DNA of 62,871 nucleotides, filler included, from Sluysia triapertura (taxonomy: Eukaryota): assembly GCA_046118255.1 (NCBI GenBank). It is 5 parts of 5 records of this genome, joined end to end, with 100 filler letters (N's around TTAATTAATTAA, not from the genome) between each part and the next. Parts side by side here need not be neighbours in the genome. Positions count along the whole stretch, not along the records: positions 24,138 to 40,174 come from JBJNIA010212587.1; positions 40,275 to 51,693 come from JBJNIA010184946.1; 3 more parts are not named here. One strand, 5' to 3'. The notes under the pieces were generated by a model, which ran no database searches, was not told the origin of the DNA, and was given only the letters and a program-made list of their open reading frames with translations. Within the stretch, counting starts at the first letter, position 1, and every line of letters begins with the position of its first letter. This document shows positions 36,980 to 49,700 of this stretch, one piece after another. Both the position numbers and the translations under genes were made by a program.

Positions 36980-37392
36980 ACACTGAAATCGTTGCCAACG
37001 TTACATTTAAGTCGGCTTTTCCATGGGAACCTTTAAATATTACTTGGTCACCGCCACAAATTCCGAACGGAATTATCAGTCACTACGGCGTTTATTTGCG
37101 AAACAATCAAACAAATATGTTTCACTGTGTCGTGATTGGTAACACTTCTGTTACCAAAACAGGTTAGTGAATATATACGATAGATATCAGGGTAATGTGT
37201 TACTAATTTTAGAACTGAATTTTCTTTGCGGCGAAAGTGCCACATATCAATATTTAAACTTGACGACGAATGTTTTGATAGAAAGAAATGGGATAAAACC
37301 TAGCACGGAATATTATGTTGCTATAGTAGCAAAGAATGGGTTCGATTGGAGTAACAAAATATATATGAATAACATTAGTACAAGCAGTTACA
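36980..37392 (+). CDS. Two exons (36980-37162, 37213-37392) encoding a fibronectin type III domain of a cell-surface protein
   Basis: Reads LNITWSPPQIPNGIISHYGV and GIKPSTEYYVAIVAKNGFDWS. The phase-1 GT-AG junctions are mutually compatible (50-nt intron). Confidence 0.8.
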
Positions 37393-37404
37393 GTATGTTT
37401 TTAT

Positions 37405-37437
<33 letters not shown>

Positions 37438-37624
37438 TTATTATTAATACTATTACGATTAAATATCGCATTTTATGCACCAATCGCAATATAATTTAAT
37501 GAAGTTATGCTTCTGATTATCTATTTAAAGAACACAATTATCTGAATATTGTCTGGGTCCAGTCAGTTATTAATATGATTTTCGATAAAGTTATGAGCAT
37601 TACTAAGTGGAGGAGGTTTAGCAA

Positions 37625-37880
37625 TCATTTTAATGAATTCGACCTCAGCACTATTTTTAATATTCTCCATACTGCTGTTTTACTGCAGTTTAGCTCTAAA
37701 TATGACATTGTGCGATTTGCACACTTTATTAAACTCCTTTTCTGACTATTAGAAAGTTCCTTAGGACGACCAATTTGTTTATATTTCTTTTTATAACTAC
37801 TATCCAAATAATTGGATATCGCATGTCTTGATCTGTTTAACTTCTTGGTAATACTTGCATTACTTTCTCCTATGTTTGAG
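37625..37880 (-). mobile_element. Tc1/mariner (Tc3-like) transposase HTH remnant
   Basis: Reads ITKKLNRSRHAISNYL...GRPKELS...LNCSKTAVWRIL. Confidence 0.7.
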
Positions 37881-38139
37881 TTAAAAATGCAATATTTGAT
37901 GCTTGGGAAAAGATTGAAAGTACATATTATTTCGATGACAAAAAGGTTTCTAAAGGTATTGAAAAAATAATTTTGCACTATTCGTTGTATAGTCTCTTAA
38001 ATACGTTGAATGTTTAAGGTAAGAAATATTATATTTATAATATACGAAATATTATGTATAATATACAAAATGCGATATATCATATAGCTATGTTCTAAAT
38101 CTCGAGAAATGATAGATATTTGGTGAAACTTTCTACGAT

Positions 38140-38430
38140 GGATCGTAAAGCTACCGTATGACTTCGCAGAGGCAGTTACAGACTTGCGGAATTCACATTA
38201 GTGTTAGAACAGTCAGAAAGAGGACATGTAGACAACCCAGAAGAAAGCTTACGTTGACGCTAGGGACGATCAGTAAAAGGTTGACATGGGCTAAGCAACA
38301 CCAACATTTAATTGAGGATGACTGGAGTCAAGTGTGTTTTAGTGACGAGTCGTCCTTTCAAGTATTGGGTGACAAGACCACCTAATGAGGAGGTTCACCC
38401 TGATTGTGTCATCGAAACTGTGAAACATGA
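38140..38430 (+). mobile_element. Tc1-like transposase remnant
   Basis: Reads GIHISVRTVRKR...KRLTWAKQHQHLIEDDWSQVCFSDESSF...HPDCVIETVKH. Confidence 0.85.
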
Positions 38431-39902
38431 TTTTAAATTCTGCTCTTGTTTTATTGGTAACCAATGTAATTCTGTAACATAGGATGCTATAAGATCGTTT
38501 CTAGATAGAAAAGTAGTCTTTTTCTATGGAAATAAGTATAAAAAAGTTATTATTAAAATCGAAATTATTAGTTTTTCATGAATGAACAATTAATAATTTC
38601 TTATTTATCTCCATTAATAATTTTTCTTATTTATTCATATTTACACTTCAATTAATAATTTCTTCCACTACTTTTATCCGATGACATAAATTTAACTTTG
38701 ATTGATTTATTTGACTTTTCTTCATTGATTTTCAAATATTTATTCTCAAACTACTTTATCCATTTCGTTACTCGTTCTTTTCGTTCTTTTCGTTCTTTTC
38801 GTTCTTTTCGTTCTTTTAATGTCATTTTCTGTATTACTGATTTCAAAATGATTAGGATTTTTAATTTTCGAAAAATGAATACATATGCTAAGATATGGTA
38901 AAGATAAAATGCATTTGGAATTTTTTCATGAACAGAATAGAAATATGCAAAAGAAATGATTCGTAAATAAAATCGCTTTATTTACAGTGAAGATAGATAT
39001 TAGGTGAGGAAAAAGTGTGAGGGCATTCATTCAATTCGAGTCATGTTCAAAGACAGCTCGCAGGGTGCATTTTTGATAACAATCTATCTAAGTCTTGTTC
39101 GTCGAATATGCTGCATCCAATTTGTCATTCAGATCAATACAGCACTTTACGAAAGGTCATTCGCTTCAAAGCCGAAGGAGTGGTACTTTGACCATAACTG
39201 GAAGCTGCAAATCGTAGGCAAGTCGTCTACAATGATGGTATTCGTGTTGCAGAAAAGTTCTATGTAAAAACGATTATTTTAATCTGATAATTTCAATGTA
39301 TTTTTCGGCACCAAAAAGCTAGAAAATTAAGATGGTATGACAGAAAGTGAAGATAGAAATTAAATATAATTCGTTGACCGATTTATTATGGATATTATTT
39401 GAAAAATGACTTCTGTCAGATCGTTACATATATTATTTTCATCTTTTCCATTTGATTGTAATGAGCAAAATTTATTAATTAATTTTAAAATCTGTGATAA
39501 AATATGCAAATGAATCGTGATACTCTGATAATGTGAATGAAGACGGTGTGCTAGTATGTTAATGTTATTGGAAGATGAGACTAAAATTAGAATAAAAGTT
39601 TAAAAAGAAAACGTAAAAATGTTGCATCTATTAAACAACATTACTAAATTAAAATGGTTAAATTGCATTCGACTCCCACAACATATTACACCAATTATGA
39701 TCAGACGTAGAAATATTATAGATTTATCTGAAACTGATAGTGGAATAACTGCAGCTTATCGTATTCAAGTTCACAATACTATTCGGTTAACAGTCATCCA
39801 TTGATATATATAAAGATTTTTGTTCCTACAATCAAAACAATGAGATCAGTCGAAGGAGTGAATCTAAAGATGGTGGAGTTAATTCGAAATGTAGGTGAGA
39901 TG

Positions 39903-40174
39903 TGTAGTGGTCAACATTTATAACCCAATTAAAATTTTACAAATTCACATCTATAAATCAAAGTTAATCAAAACACAATTTTCCTAACAGTCATACCTTT
40001 TAATTCAGAATCACATCACAAACCTCATAAAACAACATTCAACCATTACAATACCTTACTAGTTTATATACACCAACAAATCAATTTATACCTCAACCAT
40101 GTCTAACTTAACAAACTTCTACATTCAGCTTAAACAATTCACAACATTTATCCACTAAATACTTCATCAAACAA
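39903..40174 (+). mobile_element. 5' end of TGT...ACA element copy 4, truncated by the contig end
   Basis: Starts TGTAGTGGTCAAC followed by C/A-rich sequence, and is immediately preceded by purine-rich AGGTGAGATG (PPT-like). Confidence 0.55.
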
Positions 40175-40274
40175 NNNNNNNNNNNNNNNNNNNNNNNNNN
40201 NNNNNNNNNNNNNNNNNNTTAATTAATTAANNNNNNNNNNNNNNNNNNNNNNNNNNNNNNNNNNNNNNNNNNNN
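40175..40274. other. Artificial contig spacer
   Basis: 44 N + TTAATTAATTAA + 44 N. Confidence 0.97.
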
Positions 40275-40710
40275 ACATAGATTTTAACAATGGTTTATTG
40301 TACTCTATTTCATATAGAAAAGTGAAAAAATTACAATTAATAATTAATCAATTCAAAATCATGACAATAATTTACAAATACTTACACTACGGAAGTCCTG
40401 ACATCTCTTAGAAATAATGAAAATTTTGGAAACCAAGATGAAAATTTCATTGAGACAATAATAATCTATGTGGAATCCGCAGTGATAATAAGCTTGGTGA
40501 TCGGTTGTATACCGTTTATGTCTCAAAAATATACAACCAGTTACCAGAGAATGTCACATTATTGGAAGAGTATTAAATATTTAAGAAAAAGGCAAAGTTC
40601 TTTCTGTTTCAGAAATATTATGGTGAATTATTTATTTCAAGCGCTTTTGAGTACTTATTTTGCAGTAGATATGAGCGTAACATAAATTAATGTATTACCA
40701 TTACTATTAA
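40275..40710 (+). mobile_element. L2-type LINE 3' fragment with an internal deletion
   Basis: Near-identical to 49604-50080 apart from a deletion that removes the LHWLP-coding segment. Confidence 0.85.
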
Positions 40711-41443
40711 ATTTACTTAGAGATAATTGAATACATAATTTAAATTTGCGTGATTTATTTTAATAAAAGTAAAGCTTAACCAATTAATCGAATACCAGCT
40801 TCCAATAGGGGTATATGTGCATTTTAATATTGTCGAAGTATTAATGAATAATATCCAACTTTTAAAACCTGGAATAATTGTAAAACTTGAATTAATCTAC
40901 TCATAATTTTTCATAGTACATTTCTAGATATTTTTATGGCCATAAATTATTGTGTAATTGAACACATTTTTATTAGTTTTATAACCAGCTTTGCTACTTA
41001 CTGTTTTTATGGTGTGTGTTCATTCAATTATGTCACTGTGTGTGCATGTATGTGTTTAAAAACTATTGAGTTATGTCATTAATTTTTGTTCTATTTTTGG
41101 ATGACTGATTTCGAATATTACTGCGTCATTATTGGAGAAATAATCAAAGCAAAATCAATTTGGAAAGATTGTCAAGCATTTTTATTAGCACAATATTCCA
41201 CATTCGTATCCTTTTAAAACATCTAAGTTTGACCATTATTTGTAATCTAATAGATCTCTATGCACGAGAATATAGTTACTTTTAAATTTAGGATCCACTT
41301 ATATTGATACCTTATTTCACTGATCGAATACCTTTTTATATGTTCCCATTCTTTGTTTAAGTAATTAACTGCATAAATTTTATCGTTAGTGTTTTGTTTT
41401 AAAAATTGCTATCCTTTTTAAATATTTCTGTATTGTTAGAAAT

Positions 41444-42901
41444 ATGCGATTAAAATTAAGTTTATTTTGTATTACAGATAAATCCTTAAGCGAAACTTCA
41501 TCACTTTATCCAGATTGTTATTATGACTCGATATATTATGATTGGAATTTTTCGGTTTTTTTCAAATTCTTTATTATACTAATCATTGTTATCGGATTAT
41601 ATGTTAATGTCATAACATTATGCACTTTACGTCAATTTGCCGTCATTTATTTACCAATGTGTCATTATTTTACTTATATATGCTTCATAGAACAAATCGA
41701 TACATTGATTCTATCTTTAGATTGGCTAATTTCTTCATTTACAGAGCATTATCGACCTTTACTAATATTACAATTAATCAGCCAATCATCGTGCCAAATG
41801 GTGCCAATGTTATTTTCGATAATTCGTCATTTAACCTCCAGTCTTTTAATTGGCATGGCAATAGATTTGTGGCGATTTATACAACAACCGGTATTATTTT
41901 TGACGAAATATCGTGGTGAATGGGTGAAAAATGTTTTCATTCTCTGTACAGTTTTAGTTTGCACCATAAACTGTCAATATTTTTGGACTTTTGATTTAAA
42001 CAAAGGTGCAAGTAAAATTTTACACGGTCGCTTATTAAATAATTATATCGAGTGTGATTTTTCCAATACTCTACCATTGAACTTGATTTTTACTAGATAT
42101 TTGTGGCCAATAACCGATCATATGATTGGAGAAATATTACCATTAATAGTATCAATCATATCAGCTAGTTTATGTTGGAAAGCAATTTATACAAAGTTTA
42201 CCAAGAATTATCCAATAAATTTATCAAAAGTTCTCATTAATGCACCACTTGTGCTTGATCTAATAAAGTCATTAATCGGATATTTAATTTTCAACACTTT
42301 TGTTATTATAATTCCAAGATTAATTTATTTTTCTATGAAAATAAATTATAATCCACTAACTGTTACTCAGAAACGACACAATCTTTATCAAATGCTTATT
42401 AATGACGTGGATTCAACAGAAATAGATGATATTCATTCAAATAATGTTACTACACTCACTACTACTGCTTCTATGGTCACTATTACCAATGCTAAAGCAT
42501 CATTAAGTTTTCGATCTGACGAAACATACATAATTTTGATTGGCTATTTCATCAAATATCAAGTTCTATTAATAGTAATAATGAGATTTGTATTTTTATA
42601 TTTGACATTTAAAGAATTTCGTTTATTGACACACAAATATAATCCAATTCGCAAATGTACTCGCTTAATGAATTACTTACAACAAATATTGCATAGAATT
42701 AGACTCCGTAAATATCGTGATCAATATTTTCAGAGGAATATGACTACTAGTAATACCAACGAAAAATTATTGTGTAACAGTGGCATTAATAATAATAATT
42801 ATGGTGATATTATGAGTAATATGGATGCAATAAAACCAGTCAAAATTGCTGAAACTGAACCCATAAGAAGTGCTGGAGTAACAGTTGAAATTTATTGTTA
42901 A
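41444..42901 (+). CDS. Class A (rhodopsin-like) GPCR, divergent peptide-receptor-like, single long exon
   Basis: 485-aa ORF with about seven hydrophobic segments: TM1 GLYVN, TM3 Cys and MAIDLW (DRY position), TM4 INCQYFW, an ECL2 Cys, TM5 ILP and TM6 IP. The true start may be in an upstream exon (acceptor ATTACAG at 41477). Confidence 0.85.
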   Translation: MRLKLSLFCITDKSLSETSSLYPDCYYDSIYYDWNFSVFFKFFIILIIVIGLYVNVITLCTLRQFAVIYLPMCHYFTYICFIEQIDTLILSLDWLISSFTEHYRPLLILQLISQSSCQMVPMLFSIIRHLTSSLLIGMAIDLWRFIQQPVLFLTKYRGEWVKNVFILCTVLVCTINCQYFWTFDLNKGASKILHGRLLNNYIECDFSNTLPLNLIFTRYLWPITDHMIGEILPLIVSIISASLCWKAIYTKFTKNYPINLSKVLINAPLVLDLIKSLIGYLIFNTFVIIIPRLIYFSMKINYNPLTVTQKRHNLYQMLINDVDSTEIDDIHSNNVTTLTTTASMVTITNAKASLSFRSDETYIILIGYFIKYQVLLIVIMRFVFLYLTFKEFRLLTHKYNPIRKCTRLMNYLQQILHRIRLRKYRDQYFQRNMTTSNTNEKLLCNSGINNNNYGDIMSNMDAIKPVKIAETEPIRSAGVTVEIYC

Positions 42902-45404
42902 ATTTTTTATTTATTAACTTTGATTACCAAAAAATCAATAAAAATATCATTAAATTGAAAATAAATTTGTAAAAAGAAAAGAATTGATGATGATACTGCG
43001 TAATAAAATAACTCTTATTAGTAAAAATAATAAAATATGATGTTTCAATTTTTGGAACAGTAATATCAGATTACCAAAATTGTCATGAGATAATAAAATG
43101 AACTTATTTGTAGTTGCTAATAATTAGTATATTAAAATTAGTATATTAATCATTAATACAAATTGGAAAATGCTTGCTTATTGCCGGCAACAAGAAACAA
43201 AGTTAACAAGATAACTCGCAAGATTGTTTCTAATATTTGTTTCATTTTCTATTGTTCATGAAAACGAAAAAATCCTTAGTGATTTTAAGAGTTAAATACC
43301 AGGTTGCTTTGGTATTTTTGAATAAAAGGTTTTAGGTATTTTGGATGTGAATAAGAAAATTAATTTGTAAATAGTCTACATTTATTTCTTGTTAATTCAA
43401 AATATAACTAAATCTCCAATTATAATTTAATTCAGCAACATTTTTATATCATCAAATATATAAAAATATTAAAATAAAATATTGTGAGTTTCTTATTTTT
43501 AATCCCTTCTGAGACTATCCCGATATATTCACGGGCTAGCGTAATGCTTCTGTATTAACTATCTCGATACATTCACGTGCTGTCGCTGTTCAATTGCTTC
43601 TATTATCTAATTATAAGTTAATAAATTAAAATATTTAATAAGAAATTATACATTTTTGTAAGTTTTTTTTTTCAATTTTATTAGTCGCACAATGGCTTAA
43701 TGTTATATATTTTTCAGTTTACATCATTAATTTTTAAATGAAAACATGTTTAAATAACATTAATGAGTGTGGTGCAGAAGCATTATCAATGATATCAGCT
43801 AGTTTATGTGATTGATAAATTTAATTTAATTTACATCACGATAAATCGGATGTAATTCCATAAGACGAAGATTTAAATAATATTCATCTACATAAGTGGT
43901 CTTCACACTTTTTGTGTTGCGACCCACTTTACGAGTCCAAATGTTTTTCGCTGACCACTGATGAAGAAATAAAATTGAAAGAAATATTCTGTTCTCGAGG
44001 TGACTTATTTAGAAATCAGTCTTATTATTTTATCAAAACTTGAAGACAGCAAATTTGACATATTTTAGATTATCAAAAGAAAATAAGACAGATACACATA
44101 CTTGTCTGGAACCATATAGATGGGTTGGTATTTTCTAGAACAACTTAGTTTGAGAAATTTTAAAATAATAATTGAGAATATTTTAGAAAATCTGGCAAAA
44201 ACAATCATCGTGTAATAGATTAATCAAACATTCTAGTGAGTTTTATATCCTTCATGTTTATTATTTTAAAGATAGACTGTTTATATTTATTGTCCTTCCA
44301 TTTATCATAATTCATTATTCTTTTGTTATAAAAGGTCTAGATCCCCATTATCAAGTGATAACAAAATAAAGTTAAAATGTCACCGAATACTAAATATCAG
44401 TCAATAGTAATTTAAAGTTTGGAATATGAATTGAAATAAATTATATCCATCTTTCACTAATCGATATTAAAGTTGAAATAGAGCTTAGAAACTAATTTAT
44501 ACTAGAATAAATTTACTCAGAAGTGACTTCAATAACGATGAAAAATAACTTTGAAATTAAAATTAAAAATTGATCCAAAATAAATTCTAGTGTAGTTTTC
44601 AATTCAGTACAAACAAAAGTCTTTGTCATCAAACTTGTACCAAGAATGTTTTCACGAATTTAGGTCAACATTAGACAACGTTAAAGCTCATCCTATGATA
44701 CTCGATGATAAACGATACTCTTACATGTTTTAGTTCACTCGCAATAGTTACATCAACTTTAATATATAATCTTATATGAATGTCTCACACTTACTATTTC
44801 CTCTGCTCCACGGATCCGTTTCTGATCCCATATTTTAAGTTATTTGAATGAGATTGCTTCTTACTCAAACTATATCTCATTGGTTATAATTTCAAAATGT
44901 TCAAAACTTAACATCAGAAAAAATACTAAGATTTTACAGGGTTTACACCCTTATTTCAAAAAAAAATAATCAACTTTTACAAAATTTAAATTTAAGTTTT
45001 AAATATGTTTCTTTATTTAAGTATATTAAATGCATTTATTATCTAATTTTCAGCAAGTAACTGTAATTATGTACATACAGTTAACAAAAGACACTTCTTT
45101 GATTTTTTCAAATCTTTTATTTTAGCTAAAACTAACTTCGTCCTGAAATTGGACGTGTTCTAGTTTTAGGAGCTCTGGTGTAATTAAAACAGAAGGGTTG
45201 CCGATAAAGAAAATAGTAATAATTATTGACATAATTTAAACAAAACAATTTTTATTTCTTTTATTTTGTACTTTCATTTCATTATAAAAATTAAAATTTA
45301 ATATTGGATCTATATGTAAAATGTTACCACCTTTCATTGTACTTTTATGTATGAAGTGTTTATTTTTGTGCATTTATTACATTATTTAACATATTTTACA
45401 TTTT

Positions 45405-45561
45405 NNNNNNNNNNNNNNNNNNNNNNNNNNNNNNNNNNNNNNNNNNNNNNNNNNNNNNNNNNNNNNNNNNNNNNNNNNNNNNNNNNNNNNNNNNNNNNNN
45501 NNNNNNNNNNNNNNNNNNNNNNNNNNNNNNNNNNNNNNNNNNNNNNNNNNNNNNNNNNNNN
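45405..45561. other. Intra-scaffold assembly gap (157 N)
   Basis: N run without the linker sequence. Confidence 0.95.
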
Positions 45562-45690
45562 CACAACTCAAATATCAGTAAACATTGTCAGAAGTAAGGA
45601 ATTATCAAATAAACATGGAATAAGAAGTTAAACTAAATTCAGACGACATAGAATTATTTATTATTTATGTATATAAATTTCAATAAGCAA

Positions 45691-45691
<1 letters not shown>

Positions 45692-45760
<69 letters not shown>
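45692..45760. repeat. (AAT)n microsatellite
   Basis: More than 20 perfect units. Confidence 0.95.
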
Positions 45761-46757
45761 TCACCATTTAAGTGATATTAATAAAATCTTTTATATCTCA
45801 ACATTTAAGGGTTTTAATTTTTTATGCTATTTTATTAAATACATTATATTTGCTACTATTACATTCTTCATTTATTGTTATATTAAAATTTCCTGTTATT
45901 AAAGCATCGGCATTTTTTCGAAACAATAACCAAATAATAATAAAAGTCATCTCAAAGTTCTTGTATTGAATTACTTATAATAATAAAGATTATTTATATA
46001 AGTAATATTTAATTTTAATTTTTTGAATGAAAGATAAATAACTGAAACAATGTCAACTAATTTAAAATATGTTTGGTGTTTAATTTATCATTTTCATCTG
46101 AAGTTTTGATTTGTTCATGATTTTCAACTATAGACATTTCTATAGCTGATATTATCAGCAAATATTAGTTTTTTGTTCGTAAAAGCGTCCTGTGTTTTCG
46201 AACTACTCTGTTTTCTGACACAATTCAGGTAGATTATAAAGTATGCTTTTTTATTTTCTAACTGTTTCTATTTTTAAATATTCATATTTCGATATTTTTG
46301 TTTTCATTCGATAATTCTTTCATATTCAAACAAAAAATAATTTGAGATGTACCTTAGAAAACCATACTCCACTAATACGTAATTCAAAAAGTATGAACAG
46401 ATGTGGAGTTTAATAAATATTTTATTTATTTAATAAATAAATTTAATTTATGATGTAGCTCAAAACATACAATTCATTATGTAAATATAAAATGTAGGTA
46501 TATATTTGGTTTATCTTTATTTTATTAAAAATAAGCTTTTTTTACAAACCAAATATATTTTAAAGATAATATTAGTGGTTAAAGTTTAAAATAAAATATA
46601 AATTTTTATTTTTTTATGCTACTTATATTTCATTTTTAAAGCCTAATTCTAAGCATTTCTAAAATTTTTTTAAATTAATTAAAATTTCTAATTAATTAAA
46701 ATTAATTTAAATTATGGGATCAATTGATACAGAAAAAAATAAGAAACTATAACATAC

Positions 46758-49700
46758 CATAGCAATTTGTGTTGCGTCTGGATTATTTTCTTCAATTAAA
46801 GAAATGATAAGACTACCAATATTCTGACGCAATTCTACAATTTGGTGTATCGTGCAATCTTCGTAATTACCACCTCGAAGAATATAATTAATATAATCAA
46901 TTATTTTATTGTCGTACACTGTTAATCTGTTTTCTTGATTGCCCTGATATTACATTATACAAATTAAATCTTTACAAAATAATTATGATTTTAAATTTTA
47001 ATAATTTATTTTCTATTAATTTATTTTCTACATATTTGTGTTTGATATACTTTGAATATTGTTTAGATATTTTGTCAAATGTACGCAGTTGTAACATTTT
47101 TACGTATACATACATAAATATTATAAAAATATTTGAAATTAAAAATTATTTCAATTATTTTATTATCTTAAATAAAAATATCTCTATATCTTTCACTTTA
47201 CAACTTTAAAAAGGCTAGAAGCTCAAGATGCATATTCATGAACACCCAAACTTACTTAGAAATAAGATGAGAGAATCGGAAATTAATAAAGGAAAGTAAG
47301 AAAAGAGACGAATCACGAATATATAACGAATCAAACGTAGACACCAATGAAACATTCAAAGTCAGTTAAAAATGATAAATAACGAATGACACAGTTAGAA
47401 TTGTAATATAAATTAAAATACATAGCAAAAGTATATCACTAAATGATAATATGTACTGAAATTAATTATTATACAGAAAAAATTGGCTGTGCAGACATAG
47501 TATAAGATCCAACACATAGGCATTATTATAGAATTAAATTTTAATGTTATATTATAAAACTAATAATATAACTTGGTGGAATTATAATATGGTATAATAT
47601 AATTCGGTGAACACCATACGGTAAATACAGTATATTATAAGATTAAAATAAAATAAAATAAAATTTTAATTACAATTTTTAAAAATACTAAATGATTTTA
47701 AATATGACATTTATTCTTAGTTTTGTGTTAAATAATTAATTTAATTTAGAGTTTGTCATTACATTTAGTGAAGAAGATAAAACAAACTTTGAGTCTATAC
47801 TATGAACATAACACTCTCACTTTTACCAAAGAGTCAAAAGAGAATCCACGATAACTCGTAATTATCAAAATAAAGTTTAACATATCGATTTGGAGTACTG
47901 TTATAAAGTAAAATAAAGAGATTAAAGATAATCAAACATCAGATTTCAATTAAAACAAAAAACTAAGGATATATAAATAAGTATAATAATTTCACTCACA
48001 ATATTAAGAGTAAATTTTAATTTTTTAAATATAATTTTACTAACAGCAACAAATTCATTAATAGTAGAGAATACTTGAGATACTAGATCTACAGTGTCTC
48101 TGTTGACATTTGCGTAAACCACATTTAAAAATTGGACCACTTCGGCAACCAAGTTAAACGACTTAACGTTATCAGGTTGTTCTCGTAAATATGTCTAAAT
48201 ATTAAAATTAAATTATTTATTTATATTTTTAATAATAATAAATTAAATGATTTACAAATTTATAAACCATTATATTAATAATATGCATGATAATCTACCT
48301 TTGAGATTTAATACAAATAAGCAATAATCATTAAATCACCAACATCTTCAATTAAGATCGTAAAACAATATACAATAATACTCTTATAACAAATCTAAAC
48401 TTTTAAACAAAACATTGAATAGATCTCAAAAATGACAAATACAGAAATAGATAAAATGTAATAAAATAAAAATTAAATTATCATTATTATTATTATACTA
48501 TTTTTTATTACTTTTACATTATTATTTCTTTTATTTGATTTTGAAAATCATTAATTTGTGATAATCGTCGGTTATCTTGATTTTTAAACATAATGTTTGG
48601 TTGTAAAAAGTAGAAAATGGTTTTGAAATATTTAGTTGTGTCAGAATTTATTAGTTTCAATGATTTTTATTTTAAAGATGATATTAGCAATGATATACCC
48701 AATAAACAAGTCAACGAATCTCATATAGTATATCGATTAGTTGAATTATTTTAAATTATTAGTATCGATATTATCGCCATCGATTATTATATCAAATGCA
48801 ATATAATAGTTTGACAATAGTAAAAAAATGACAACAGTTTTAGTACAATTTTTTGTTCTAATCAATTTTAATTTAAATTTTGATGAATTTCTTAATGCTT
48901 GTCAAGAAAACTTCGTGTTAATATTGAATCTATAAAAGCAATGTTACACTGTCAATAGAAGATAAATGTATTGCTATTATTACATTGAAAATTGATCCAT
49001 TTATGTTATAGGTCTAATGTGAACATGAAAAATTTTATTTGATATAATGTGAAATCATTCAATGGATTATTTCTTTTTTTCGCTTTTTCAGGCCTATCAT
49101 GACTATCATTATAAGACGTAATTAAAGTAACGAGTATATTTCACCATGTTTTTAAGTGGAAATATATATTTTTAATATTCTTTTAAATATATCGGTTTTT
49201 TAGGTCAAATTTTATATACCAAAAGTAAATAGTATAAATCTCCAAAAGCTTTAAATAAAACATAGAGGTATTGAAATATATAAGTATTATAATTCATTAA
49301 ATAATTATATCGATTTTATGTAAAATGTAGCCTAAATAATTTTGCATTCACAAGTATACTTATTTAACAAATTGTTATCACTATAAATGGGAAATGTTTG
49401 TTTTATTAGTAAAGTACTAAATATGTATGAAAGACAAATAGTACGAAATATGGGTTGTTACATGGATTCAAAAATGAACATGGAAGAAAATATCAAAGTA
49501 TAGATATCAAAGTGTAAATATCAATTAAATAAAATCTCACATATTCGAAAATTTATTAATAAAGAAACAGCTAAACTTATTGTTCACTCAATGATAACTA
49601 GCAACATAGATTTTAACAATGGTTTATTGTACTCTATTTCATATAGAAAAGTGAAAAAATTACAATTAATAATTAATCAAGCAGCAAGATTAATTGTCCA

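Noticed and set aside
45347-45631. ORFs containing long X runs
   Set aside because: Artefacts of translating through the N gap.
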